A stretch of DNA of 41,182 nt from Octopus bimaculoides. Lineage: Eukaryota. Below the pieces are notes generated by a model. It did no database searches. It was not told the DNA's origin and worked only from the letters and a program-made list of their open reading frames with translations. The position numbers and the translations under genes were made by a program. Where the stretch lies: contig NC_068986.1 of the NCBI RefSeq assembly GCF_001194135.2, forward strand, positions 14,623,492 through 14,664,673. The letters run 5' to 3'. The stretch's first letter is position 1, and each line of letters begins with the position of its first letter. Positions 11,899-23,800 of this stretch are shown in pieces.

Positions 11899-12989
11899 NN
11901 NNNNNNNNNNNNNNNNNNNNNNNNNNNNNNNNNNNNNNNNNNNNNNNNNNNNNNNNNNNNNNNNNNNNNNNNNNNNNNNNNNNNNNNNNNNNNNNNNNNN
12001 NNNNNNNNNNNNNNNNNNNNNNNNNNNNNNNNNNNNNNNNNNNNNNNNNNNNNNNNNNNNNNNNNNNNNNNNNNNNNNNNNNNNNNNNNNNNNNNNNNNN
12101 NNNNNNNNNNNNNNNNNNNNNNNNNNNNNNNNNNNNNNNNNNNNNNNNNNNNNNNNNNNNNNNNNNNNNNNNNNNNNNNNNNNNNNNNNNNNNNNNNNNN
12201 NNNNNNNNNNNNNNNNNNNNNNNNNNNNNNNNNNNNNNNNNNNNNNNNNNNNNNNNNNNNNNNNNNNNNNNNNNNNNNNNNNNNNNNNNNNNNNNNNNNN
12301 NNNNNNNNNNNNNNNNNNNNNNNNNNNNNNNNNNNNNNNNNNNNNNNNNNNNNNNNNNNNNNNNNNNNNNNNNNNNNNNNNNNNNNNNNNNNNNNNNNNN
12401 NNNNNNNNNNNNNNNNNNNNNNNNNNNNNNNNNNNNNNNNNNNNNNNNNNNNNNNNNNNNNNNNNNNNNNNNNNNNNNNNNNNNNNNNNNNNNNNNNNNN
12501 NNNNNNNNNNNNNNNNNNNNNNNNNNNNNNNNNNNNNNNNNNNNNNNNNNNNNNNNNNNNNNNNNNNNNNNNNNNNNNNNNNNNNNNNNNNNNNNNNNNN
12601 NNNNNNNNNNNNNNNNNNNNNNNNNNNNNNNNNNNNNNNNNNNNNNNNNNNNNNNNNNNNNNNNNNNGTATACACATGGATATCCTCCATGTTTTGATCA
12701 GATATTCAATGAGACTGATGTCATTAAAAATTACAGCTTCCCTTTTAGTTTTATTATCGACAGACTAAGTTTATATAGCTTAAAAAATGAATTTGCATAT
12801 TTTACTTAGATGTTTTCGTAGTTCATTACCGTATCTAATATACTCAATAAAGTTAAAACATACATCAGTGACGACTGTGAAAATTCTTTGATGTTTATCT
12901 TAAAGTTCTGATTATTGAAACTAATACAAATGAACAGTCAGAAAAAAAAAAGAAAGAAAGAAAGAAAATCCACATACAAGTACTTTGTG

Positions 12990-13065
12990 CAGGCGTGGAT
13001 GTACAGTTAGTAAGCTCGCTTTGCAACCATGTATTTTCAGGTTCAGATTCACCGCGCGACCCCTT
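12990..13065 (+). mobile_element. Isolated degenerate SINE tRNA-like head
   Basis: GCAGGCGTGG..GTAAG...CAACCATG...GGTTCAGATTC resembles the family A head. Confidence 0.5.
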
Positions 13066-13399
13066 GTTGAGAATCTATTTGTTTGAAAATAAGTGTTACT
13101 CGTTTACAGAACTTCAATTATATATTACTTTGTGTATTTCCTTGTAGGAAATGCTCTGGGAAGAAAAAAAGACAAGGGGCTGGTAATTTTATTATTTTCA
13201 TGGCATAAGGGGTCGATGTAATTTAAAAGCGTTCACCTTAATTATTTTTAATTGTTCTTCTACAAAGGAAAACTGTATGAGAATGAAAACAGGATAATGA
13301 GAGAAAAAGAGAAAATTCATTGAAGAGAGTAGAGGAAAATACCGCTTCTATACTCACAAAATAGGTGTTTTTCTTTTAGTTCAAGTTTCATTGATGAAG

Positions 13400-13856
13400 G
13401 CTACTGTCTTGTTGTGGCCACCTCAGATGATCTTCGCAAATTTCCCCCAACAGGTGGTTGGAAGCGACCTGTCTCTCCGTTTGGACGAAAATGGAGAAAA
13501 GGCTTCTGAGAAGTTTACCAAATTCCAGGGCCAGGTAGGTCAATGCAGAAACTAAGGCTGGCAAACAACTTACAAGAGACACAGAGTTAGCTTCCAGGGT
13601 CTTGTTTGGCTATCATTCCGCAAAGCTCTAACTGTGCTTGGAGTTATTAATGCAGCAAAGACGAGGGTCTTCAATTCCCATACTGAAGCTAGAGAAAAGT
13701 CCACTAGATGGCATTTGACAAAGAAGACACACCAGTGGATTGCTCTTGCTGGGATGCAAGTTGATACTTCATGAACTCCTGTTGGATCAAGTGGTTGAAC
13801 GCGTTTGATGTTGAAAGATCTGAAACCACCTGAGATCTAAAAAAAACATCATTAAT
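13400..13856 (+). mobile_element. 3' end of a Hero-like RLE non-LTR retrotransposon, decayed
   Basis: One frame reads QVVGSDLSLRLDENGEKASEKFTKFQGQVGQCRN*GWQTTYKRHRVSFQGLVWLSFRKALTVLGV...EAREKSTRWHLTKKTHQW, paralleling the Hero C-terminus (ERK..KY..L...C...GW...VG.RG......LG.....EAAE..SRW); assignment from recalled motifs. Confidence 0.55.
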
Positions 13857-14121
13857 GATGCATCCCACAGCTTTCTCGAGATGTATCTCAGAGCTTCGGT
13901 GAGATGAGATCCCAGAGATTCCGTGAGATGCATCCCAGGGTTTTCTTGGGATGTGTTCCAGAGCTTCCATGAGATGAAACCCAGAGCTTCCGATAGATGC
14001 ATCCCAGAGCTTTCGTGAGATGCATTCCAGAGGTTTCTTGAGAAGTGTCCCAGAGCTTCCGTGAGATGCGATGCCAGAGCTTCCGTGAGATTCATCCCAG
14101 AGTTTCCGAGACATACATCCC
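13857..14121. repeat. Minisatellite, ~23-24 bp unit (GATGCATCCCAGAGCTTCCGTGA), about 11 copies
   Basis: CCCAGAGCTTCC/GAGATG recurs periodically; explains the two repetitive minus-strand ORFs at 13704 and 13787. Confidence 0.9.
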
Positions 14122-14524
14122 TAAACTAAATAGATTCGAGCTGCCATTCTGGAGGTTATATATGATCGACTTTTGGAGATGAAACTGGTGGTATTTGTCA
14201 TCTTATAAATATTCAAGTTGTTCAGCGAAGAGCACTGGCTCCAGTTCACCTGATACAAATTCTTTCTATTGTAATATTTGCCACTTACACTTTGACTTTT
14301 ATGTCTGGCCCTTGAAACGCTTTTACTGCTACACTCACCGACAATTGTTTAACAAAATTGCCAACAGGGGTGAAATTTATGAAAAAAACAAGTGGGTTTA
14401 ACAGAACAGACCGATGAAATATACGCTTCGCAGACAGAGAAGTAAGAATGCTGATAACAACGGTGCTTCTAAGAAATGCTTCTTGCACAGGAAATCTTCT
14501 GAACATTTCAGTTTTAAATTTTGG

Positions 14525-14890
14525 TAAAGGGTTGGTGGCAATTCGATCAAGTCGACACTAGTGCTACATAGTTTATGGATCCCGAATCATGAACGGAAAA
14601 GTCTAGCTCGTTGGAATTTGAACTTAGAACGTATTGACGGACACAGTGCAGCTAATCATTTTGTCCTGCGTGTTAGCAATTCCGCCAACTCACCGCCTTA
14701 AACGTGTACAGATAATAGTTACAAAGCCGGTTTGAGGTAGGAGCTAAGTCGATTAAATCGACTCCAGTGCACAACTGGTACGCTGAAAGCATAAAAAGCT
14801 AAGTGGATCCCGGCGGAAGTTGAACTCACAACGTATTGACGGTCCGAATGCCGTTAAACATTTTGTCCGGCGAGCTAACGGTTCAAAACA
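14525..14890 (-). mobile_element. Two adjacent degenerate SINE family B copies (about 14525-14702 and 14745-14890)
   Basis: Reverse complement contains AAGGCGGTGAGTTGGCGGAATTGCTAAC..ACAAAATG..CGTTCTAAGTTCAAATTCC in the first copy and a similar decayed head in the second. Confidence 0.7.
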
Positions 14891-15609
14891 ATTCTCATGT
14901 CTTTCGAAACATAGCGAAAGTTTATGCTTGTGTAGCAATAACACAGTACGTCAAACTGGAAACATGAGCCGCTACACTGTGAGCTTTATTAACAAGACAA
15001 AGTATTAAAGACATTATATGAATGAAACACGGTGTATTTGTAGAGATAAGAAAGGAATAGACATTTACAATAAGTACGAACACGATAAGGAACAATATGG
15101 GGATTACAAATGCATGGTGGCAATGGAGATATATCGCTTAATACGTGATGTTATTGAAATTTATCAACAGCGAAGAATACAAGTGGATAATCTAGAAAGT
15201 CATTAAACAGAAGCTGTGTGTGGTTAGTATCATCCCAGCCATAAATATGTAGGGTTTTGAAGCATTTACTGTTGGAATAATAAAAGAGAAACAATATATT
15301 ACGGTTGTAGCTAAACAAAGAGAGAAAAAATATTAAAATAATCCTAATTCAAGCTTACCACTGGTATAAACGTTTGTGTTTCATAGTATATGCGAGGCAG
15401 TGGAAAGATGTTATGACGACAACATATAATGAAAGTTTCGAAATGGAAGAAGCAAAATGAATACAACCGCGAATTGAAGATTTTAGGTTTAATATGGATT
15501 CTGCGTGGTTTTTCTGGTAGTTCTTCCTACTTTCTTCTAAATTTCTATATCTAATTTTCTCTTTTTACGTTCTCCTATTTAATTCCATCCCCTCCCTTTC
15601 TCTACCAGT

Positions 15610-15740
15610 ATCTTCATCATCGTGGTCATTGTCGTTCTTACCAGCACCACCCCAATCACAAGCACCACAACCAACATCATCACCGTCACCACCACCACCA
15701 CCACTGCAATCTCAGCCACCTTCACAACTACCACTATCAT
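15610..15740. repeat. (CAC/CAT)n low-complexity tract
   Basis: Direct reading of the sequence. Confidence 0.85.
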
Positions 15741-15912
15741 CGCTTGACGGCCAATGCTGGTGTGTTTACCTCCCCGTAAATTAGAAGTTCGTCAAAAATG
15801 GGGACCAGAATAAGGACTAGGCTTACAAAGGATGAGTCCTGGGATCGACTAAAGACGGTGCCCCAGCACAGCGGCAGTCAAATGCCTGATTTAAGTAAAA
15901 TAATAAAAGAAT
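15741..15912 (+). mobile_element. SINE family A, 3' half
   Basis: CGCTTGAC..ATGCTGGTGTGTTTAC..AGAATAAG..CTAGGCTTACAAAG..GCGGCAGTCAAATG. Confidence 0.8.
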
Positions 15913-15919
15913 ATGTATA

Positions 15920-16092
15920 GACGCAGGAGTGGCTGTGTGTTAAGTAGCTTGCTTACCAACAACATTGTTCCGGGTTCAGTCCCACTGCATGGCACCTTGG
16001 CCAAGTACCTTCTACTATAGCCTCAGGCCGACCAAAGCCTTGGGAATGGATGTGGTTGACAGAAAGTGAAAGGAGCCCCTAGTACATATATG

Positions 16093-16154
<62 letters not shown>

Positions 16155-16175
16155 TTTTTATCCCCCCCCCAATAT
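15920..16175 (+). mobile_element. SINE family A, 5' half running into an assembly gap
   Basis: GACGCAGGAGTGGCTGTGTG..GGTTCAGTCCCACTGCATGGCACCTTGG..then (TA)n(TG)n and an N-run. Confidence 0.9.
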
Positions 16176-16405
16176 NNNNNNNNNNNNNNNNNNNNNNNNN
16201 NNNNNNNNNNNNNNNNNNNNNNNNNNNNNNNNNNNNNNNNNNNNNNNNNNNNNNNNNNNNNNNNNNNNNNNNNNNNNNNNNNNNNNNNNNNNNNNNNNNN
16301 NNNNNNNNNNNNNNNNNNNNNNNNNNNNNNNNNNNNNNNNNNNNNNNNNNNNNNNNNNNNNNNNNNNNNNNNNNNNNNNNNNNNNNNNNNNNNATATATA
16401 TATAT

Positions 16406-16436
<31 letters not shown>

Positions 16437-16599
16437 ATTGCAGTGATTGCAAATAAATGTCCAACTGTGCTCTGTGTTGTTCACTTATTGAAATATATAT
16501 ATATATATGTACACACACATAAACACACATACACACAGGCACACACACAGACACACCCTCACACACACATAAAGACGGAGAGAGAGTGGGGAGAGTGTA

Positions 16600-16830
16600 G
16601 TTCTCACGAACATGAGGTAGAGCGTTCGATTTCGGGACCAGGCTGTGCGTTGTGTTCTTCAGCAAGACACTTCATTTCAGCATTGCTCCCAAGATCTTTC
16701 AACCTTTGCCTTTAACATTAGTGGCGTGGAGTGGGGGAGACTGGTATGCATGGGTGACTCCTGGTCTTCCATAAACAACCTTGTCCGGACTCGTGTTCTA
16801 GGTGCAATCCCATGGTCATTTATGATGGAA
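16600..16830 (+). mobile_element. Third SINE type (family C) with a central GTGTTCTTCAGCAAGACACTT domain, degenerate
   Basis: tRNA-like head remnant (GTTCGATTTC) followed by TTGTGTTCTTCAGCAAGACACTTCATTTC, resembling conserved central SINE domains. Confidence 0.5.
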
Positions 16831-16885
16831 GAGCATCTGGTTTTATATATATACATATATACACATATATGTGTGTGTGTGTATA

Positions 16886-16920
<35 letters not shown>

Positions 16921-16922
<2 letters not shown>

Positions 16923-17143
16923 GATTTCGTAACGAGATAAAAAAAACCAAGGCTGTGTATAATACAGAGCATTTATAAATACAACTATCTTATGTAAACT
17001 AATTATTGCTTAACCATCCTCTCACCCCGTCTCCGATGAAGGGATATAATAAATATCCTCGAAACAGCTGGAAGACCATCTATTTATAAATGTTCTATAT
17101 TATACACAACCTTGGTTTTTTTTTTATCTCATTACGAAATCCT
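16921..17143 (+). mobile_element. Fold-back element with ~60-bp inverted arms enclosing a hammerhead motif; probable Penelope-like element (PLE) derivative
   Basis: 16921-16981 is the reverse complement of 17081-17143 with a few mismatches; preceded by (AT)n; hammerhead at 17029-17076 lies between the arms. Confidence 0.8.
17029..17076 (+). ncRNA. Minimal type I hammerhead ribozyme motif HHR1, probably inactivated
   Basis: GTCT-CCGATGA-AGGGATA[TAATAAA]TATCCTC-GAAA-C[AGCT]G-G-A-AGAC; stem I GUCU/AGAC; U16.1 changed to G and an A.C mismatch at the base of stem II. Confidence 0.7.
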
Positions 17144-17276
17144 TATATTCACACGCTGATATATGGCCTACGTTGGACCCCTTATTCACGTAATCACCGA
17201 ATACGGTCTACCCACAGCACTTACTCAGCATTACGTGAAACCTCTGGTTCTAATTAGCACCACTTTCGATCATAAC

Positions 17277-17316
<40 letters not shown>

Positions 17317-17508
17317 AAGGTTGAAGAAGGTATTGGACTTAACCAAACCCAGGATTACTTTGCACGGATTTCTACACGGATATTTACCACTGGAATGAAA
17401 CTACACTTCAAGTACTGTTCTCTCTTTTTTCAGCACATCACACTCTTTACCACTTCATACTAAAAATATCCGCCTATGGATATAATAATAGATTACTTTA
17501 TTTTTTCT

Positions 17509-17557
17509 GTCTCCGATGAAGGGAAGTACTGGATCTTCCCAGAAACAGCTGTAAGAC
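17509..17557 (+). ncRNA. Minimal type I hammerhead ribozyme motif HHR2, predicted cleavage after GUA (17553)
   Basis: GTCT-CCGATGA-A GGGAAG[TACTGGAT]CTTCCC A-GAAA-C[AGCT]G-TA-AGAC; stems I, II and III pair, palindromic loop III, U4C core, A.A mismatch at 10.1/11.1. Confidence 0.8.
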
Positions 17558-18895
17558 TTTATCCATAAAATTCTTCAACCTTACCTTTGCTCTCTTTACC
17601 TTTTTGTTTTTATATNNNNNNNNNNNNNNNNNNNNNNNNNNNNNNNNNNNNNNNNNNNNNNNNNNNNNNNNNNNNNNNNNNNNNNNNNNNNNNNNNNNNN
17701 NNNNNNNNNNNNNNNNNNNNNNNNNNNNNNNNNNNNNNNNNNNNNNNNNNNNNNNNNNATATATAGCTTCCAAATTAGTTTGGAACAATGAAAATACAAC
17801 ATGTATTTTGGTTGGAATTGTGGTTAATTTAGTCCAGAGCCCCTGTAAGTTATTTTATTGAAGCGATAATTGTAGTTTTGGGAACAGAAATATAGATTTA
17901 TTGCTTTCGACGGAGTGCTGAGAAAATCACCACATATTGGGAAAGAACTTTAAACAACTTACTAGCTTATAAATGTTTTGGTTTAGTTGCGTGGAGGGGT
18001 GGGTGAGTACTGCTGAGGCTGCGCGCATATTTTTTCATTGATATCAACGGATATTTTCAAACTGATGTGATGTGCATTTTTTTTATATAAATATCACACC
18101 ACACTTTTCATCAATTAATAGCCAAATCGTCAAATGTTTGGCGACAAATACAATATGATATATCGTATCATAATAAAATATAATATAATATAATATAATA
18201 TAATATAATATAATATGATATAATGTAATGTAATATATTTTATGTATGTATGTAAGTATGTATGTACTAAGAGGCCACCAGGAGATTGAGAGTGTGTATA
18301 TCGAATAACAAAATAACATTCTACTATACAGACATCTATTTTCTCTAAAGAACTCTTGTTGTCATGACATTCAAATAAAACCTCCAGTATCTTTGCCATA
18401 TTGAAGATGGTTTGTACACCACACACACACACACACATATAAACACGCACAAACATACGCATACAGAGATACATAAACACACATGCATATATACATGCAA
18501 ACATACATACATATCAATAAACATACAAACATTCATACGTACATTCGTCCATGCGCTCATATAAACGTCTTTACGTACGTAATTGATATAGCGAAAAGAG
18601 AGCTTTATTTATTGAGAAAATCCAATGAAAATACACACGGGAGAAAGGAAAACAAATCATTTTCATATTAAAGCGGCCCTTGTTCTTTTAGTGTGTATTT
18701 TCCATAAACGAACAACAGCAAGAATAAACGAAAATTATGAAAATAGTGAGTTTTTATCGAATATTCAATGGAGATAAAAAGAAAAACAACAGTATCGTAG
18801 CTCCACAAGTGGAAGCGATTGGAAGTAATAAAAGCCCTGCAATATGGCAATATTAGTTGTAAAGTAAAGTAGAAACAAGTTTAGAAAATGGATAT

Positions 18896-20005
18896 ATGAA
18901 AGGTGAGCAGATAAAATTAGCGAAATATCGGATTAAATGCCATACTGCATTTAGCTATTTATATTTTCCGTTTTGAATTCCCTCTGGTATACGAATTTAT
19001 TTTTCATCTATTTTCAGTTAAGAAGATATCAAATTTAGACGGCTATGTTAGTATTTCTGACGTGATATGAACAGGTTGTCTTTCTGCTGACCTTTTCAGT
19101 CTACCATCCGCCACTTGTTAAGATTTTACGACGTATGTCAAAAGCAAGATGTCATATATAATAGGAATGAAATAACTAAGATATTATATTAGAAGAATAA
19201 AAAGAATTTTCTTTGTTTCAGATTCATTATTTTCGTTTTTAACTCAGATGTTTGCAGTGGCATTAATTTATACAACGGTGAGTACAAAAATCAATTTGAA
19301 TTTATCGACGAAAGAATGTCATATTCATTAAAGCTGTTATAATATGTAACGCTAAACATATATTATTTTAATTTTATCTTCCTCAAGTCCTGGGCCTCAG
19401 AGTAACGGAGACCCGGATTCCATTGCGCTAAAGTGGCTATGATAAAAACATTCTTTATCAACAGAGTGCCGGTCCGGTGAAAGATTCAAGGCAAGCAGTT
19501 ATAACTGGAAGACAACTAGTCGATTACATCAAACGTAACGGGTACTTTATTTTATCAATCTTGACAGGATGAAATTTTAGTTTGACCCGTGTAAGATATG
19601 AACTCAGAACGTATAGAGACGGAAAGAATGTCGCTAAACATTTTGTACGACATGCTAACGATTCTGCTAGCTCACTGCTTCGTAGGAACTTCCGCAATTA
19701 CATAAAATGATTTAATAACAGGCTGAGAGCTATTAAATTACTAACTGCGAACAAGGCAAAGCAAATGCATAACACCGTGTACACTGGATTTATGCTAGGA
19801 AAATATCTACAATTTGATGACGTATACTTTGTCAAATATTTATTGTGTTTACACAGGAGACTGAAATAACATCGGTAATGACAAAGGTGGGTATTTTCAT
19901 TTATGTATCATCTAGATTCTCGCTGTGGATATTCGAGGTATATATGTGTACGAAGAGATTGCAACAAATGATTGAAAATGGATATTTTTTCAGTCAAAAA
20001 GAAGG
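18896..20005 (+). CDS. Candidate cluster of very short exons of an unknown gene (18896-18902, 19018-19046/50, 19100-19132, 19222/19248-19277, 19857-19886, 19994-20005)
   Basis: Polypyrimidine-CAG acceptors and GTGAGC, GTATGT, GTGAGT and GTGGGT donors bracket 12-56 nt segments that can be joined in frame, e.g. MKVYHPPLVKILRHSLFSFLTQMFAVALIYTTETEITSVMTKSKRR; no recognisable homology. Confidence 0.2.
19480..19685 (-). mobile_element. SINE family B
   Basis: Reverse complement: GCAGTGAGCTAGCAGAATCGTTAGCATG..ACAAAATGTTTAGCGAC..CGTTCTGAGTTCA..GATAAAATAAAGTACC. Confidence 0.8.
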
Positions 20006-20265
20006 GTGAATATCATTCATTCGATGTTGCCAAGAAAACGAAGATAGATTATATTATATGAGATGTTATAGCACGACTGTGATGGCGCTGCATTTTTGGC
20101 GTCACTGATTCGACACTAACTGGTTTGAAATCAGACATTTTATCACTTTTATTTCCTCCCTCCACCTCTCACTCTCTGTAAGTATATTTTACCTTCTGTG
20201 TATAAGGAGAGAGAAACGATTTATGATGATTTTTAATTAAGAACGTGTAATGTTCCTCGCACTCC

Positions 20266-20330
20266 CTCCTCTCGCACACACTCACCCTCCTCTCGCACAC
20301 ACTCACCCTCCTCTCGCACACACTCTCCCT
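20266..20330. repeat. 21-bp tandem repeat x3, followed by degenerate (TG)n to about 20545
   Basis: CTCCTCTCGCACACACTCACC units; gives the CERRVSV repeat in the minus-strand ORF. Confidence 0.85.
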
Positions 20331-21027
20331 CACGCGTTGTCTATCCGCATGTCTATATCTCTCCACGTGCATGTGTATGTGTGTGCTTGTGTGTGTATGT
20401 GTGTGTCTGTGGGTGTGTTTGTGCGTGCCGGTGTGTGTACGAGTATGCAACATGTGATAATGAGTACCTGTTTGTGTTTTTGTGAGTGTTTGTGTGTGTG
20501 TGTATGTATGTCTGTGTGTATGTGCGCGTGTGCATTTGTGTCCATCACCAGAACATGACTGGACATTCAGCAAAACCAGATAAATATCCAGTCATGTTTT
20601 CTACACAATAAAGAACATGAAAACCTGTGAAAACTACATGTGAACATGAAAACCACATGTGGATCTGCTGGAATCTCCGAACTGTAGAGTTTCAGACGTA
20701 GAATGGCTAGCATCTTCTCATAATTCCAAGTAAATGAAGGAGAAAAGAATTATGCAGTGTTCGGTTTAAAATCAGAAACTGAGTGTGAATACAAGAAATG
20801 AAATGTTAATGGCGAACAGATACGTACACATGTACTCACAAACACACATGTATATTCATAGGCACACGTAATCAGACATATTTGAATTCTGTCATGAATG
20901 CATATAAACGCAACTGAAATGACTTTGAATTAAGGTCGCCTGATGTGTATCATAACAAATGCATGCACACCACTGAAAGTCTATTTTATAACAAGAGAGA
21001 ATTTTCTCATAGACATGTTCTAAAAAC

Positions 21028-21067
<40 letters not shown>

Positions 21068-21989
21068 ANNNNNNNNNNNNNNNNNNNNNNNNNNNNNNNN
21101 NNNNNNNNNNNNNNNNNNNNNNNNNNNNNNNNNNNNNNNNNNNNNNNNNNNNNNNNNNNNNNNNNNNNNNNNNNNNNNNNNNNNNNNNNNNNNNNNNNNN
21201 NNNNNNNNNNNNNNNNNNNNNNNNNNNNNNNNNNNNNNNNNNNNNNNNNNNNNNNNNNNNNNNNNNNNNNNNNNNNNNNNNNNNNNNNNNNNNNNNNNNN
21301 NNNNNNNNNNNNNNNNNNNNNNNNNNNNNNNNNNNNNNNNNNNNNNNNNNNNNNNNNNNNNNNNNNNNNNNNNNNNNNNNNNNNNNNNNNNNNNNNNNNN
21401 NNNNNNNNNNNNNNNNNNNNNNNNNNNNNNNNNNNNNNNNNNNNNNNNNNNNNNNNNNNNNNNNNNNNNNNNNNNNNNNNNNNNNNNNNNNNNNNNNNNN
21501 NNNNNNNNNNNNNNNNNNNNNNNNNNNNNNNNNNNNNNNNNNNNNNNNNNNNNNNNNNNNNNNNNNNNNNNNNNNNNNNNNNNNNNNNNNNNNNNNNNNN
21601 NNNNNNNNNNNNNNNNNNNNNNNNNNNNNNNNNNNNNNNNNNNNNNNNNNNNNNNNNNNNNNNNNNNNNNNNNNNNNNNNNNNNNNNNNNNNNNNNNNNN
21701 NNNNNNNNNNNNNNNNNNNNNNNNNNNNNNNNNNNNNNNNNNNNNNNNNNNNNNNNNNNNNNNNNNNNNNNNNNNNNNNNNNNNNNNNNNNNNNNNNNNN
21801 NNNNNNNNNNNNNNNNNNNNNNNNNNNNNNNNNNNNNNNNNNNNNNNNNNNNNNNNNNNNNNTGCTCGGTAGCAAACCGATTATATAACTTCACGCTGAT
21901 CAGAATTAGCCGATATGGAACGTAACGTTTATATACATACATATACATATATATGTATGTATGTATATATGTATGTACGTATATGTGAG

Positions 21990-22085
21990 CCTCTGTCTGT
22001 GTTTATCCCCACCAGCGTGTGACTCCCTTGTTGGTATTTACGTTCTCGCAACTTAGCTGTTTGGTAAAACATATATTCGCATCGG
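21990..22085 (+). mobile_element. Degenerate SINE family A 3' fragment
   Basis: GTGTTTATCCCC..GGTATTTACGTTCTCGCAACTTAGCTGTTTGG resembles the family A post-microsatellite segment. Confidence 0.5.
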
Positions 22086-22415
22086 AGCAACGCTAACATC
22101 GTCAGCAAGATTTCCGTTACGCGCTGAATATATTATTTTAATTTTCAGTGTGTGTTGAAGTCCTAATTCCCTCTTAACAATTGACAAATGGGTATTGACC
22201 AGCCACAAGTAACTCGAAATGCATCTGTCGTTCCCTTTAGCCACCATGCTCCGATGTGTATCGTGTCGTTCAACACTACGCGTGTATGAAGGATTTTCTG
22301 CAGGTACAAACGACTATATTATGTCTTCTTTACACATTGTAAATGTATTTCCTATGATACACGTACGGCGATGTTAATTTAATTTTCCTTCATTTGTATT
22401 CACTGAGATGCTTAC

Positions 22416-22508
22416 AACGCAGCAAGCTTTCCGCTGTACAGGTCAGTTTCGTCCAATATTTCCTTCCATCCTCATGCGAATTTCCCGGGATGCACGATGC
22501 TGACATGC
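22416..22508 (-). CDS. Candidate 93-nt phase 1-1 internal exon (MSASCIPGNSHEDGRKYWTKLTCTAESLLR)
   Basis: Acceptor GTCTTTCTTCAG, donor GTAAGC, length divisible by 3, one open frame, raised GC; no recognised homologue. Confidence 0.25.
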
Positions 22509-23719
22509 CTGAAGAAAGACGCAATTCATCTGCCGTTCTCGTGAATCATTACTGCGATGTTGTTTGCTTCACTCTTATAGATATTGTTTCTTCAAAAATA
22601 ATGCTTGTGAACAAATTTATCTCACACAACAGCCAGAGCGTGATGAAAAGGGCGTATCCCTATATTAAACAGGGTACACAGATGGTGTAGCGCACTTTTA
22701 TGTGCGTGTATTTATGAGGGCGAGTACGCAATTTTTCCGACTCTGTGCAATTAAGGTTTTGTATGAGACTTCACAATCCGACTAGATGTTATTAGTATTA
22801 CGAACCAAACGACATCAGTTCTCAAACACGATTTACAGTTTTCAACTAAACAAGTTTCTCCAATCATTATGATCATCATGATCATCATCTTGTTGATGAC
22901 GATCGTCATCATTGCTCTCACGTTGTTGTCATAACTGTTGTACTCATTCGTCACTATTTATCTTTCAAACAATTTTTTTGTCTTTTCTATTGTATTTCCT
23001 TTCCATTTCATTTTGCTTATTTAAGTCTTGTCTCGTCTGAATTGTAATAAATAGAAAGGAAGAAAATAGACACAAGTTGTATAAATTTTCAATTAGTCCA
23101 GTGCGATTTTAGATTTATTTAGTTGTTTCTTTTATTTCCTCTTTGGTCGTCATTTGATTTATTTCGATATAGTTTGTGGTATTTGAAAGTACAACGATTG
23201 AGTAACAATGGTTTGCACTAAACAGTCGAAATGTTACCTTAACGTTTGTTAACTATTTATGGGTGTTGAAGGTTAGACAAGTGTCAGTTAGCCTATTCAT
23301 TTCAGCTGTATACACGGAAATAAAGTTTGTTTCTCGCTGTAAAATATCGAGATATTTGAATATCTTATGGCAATATATTTTTACATTGTTCATATTTATT
23401 TGAAGTTCAACACTAAACGCAAAAGTTTGTTTTAACTGTATGTAAATAAACAACACTCACATTAATTTATGCAATAGTTTGATAATTTGGGAACGGACTA
23501 GGAATTGTACAAGCCTAAACAATTAGCTGCTTCCTACTGAAATGTGCTATGCGGCCTCAGGATGAGCAGTGTCATGAGGTATTTAAGCACAAATGCCGCA
23601 ACACCACCAGCTAGTGTAATATTCGTAAACCATTCTCAAATAATACGTTTAATATTATGGACACTGAGCTCGTTGTCCTAATCAATCAGGTGTATGATTC
23701 TGAATATATGAGAACTGAC

Positions 23720-23800
23720 TGTTGTCTTTTTGATACATCTCCTCGGCAGCGTCTTGCTTCTTCTGCCCAATCTTTGTTGTGATGGCAGTCGATTGTATAT
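23720..23800 (-). CDS. Candidate 81-nt exon, phase-compatible with 22416-22508
   Basis: Acceptor TATTATTTCAG, donor GTCAGT; all three frames are open, so the reading frame is ambiguous. Confidence 0.2.

Noticed and set aside
14338-14470. Minus-strand exon candidate ending in GTGAGT (VISILTSLSAKRIFHRSVLLNPLVFF...)
   Set aside because: The acceptor is ambiguous and there is no partner exon or homology; indistinguishable from background.
16921-17143. Interpretation as an ordinary TA-inserting MITE
   Set aside because: The arms lack Tc1/mariner-type termini, the right arm is contiguous with a hammerhead and the element sequence appears to continue beyond it; a Penelope-type inversion fits better.
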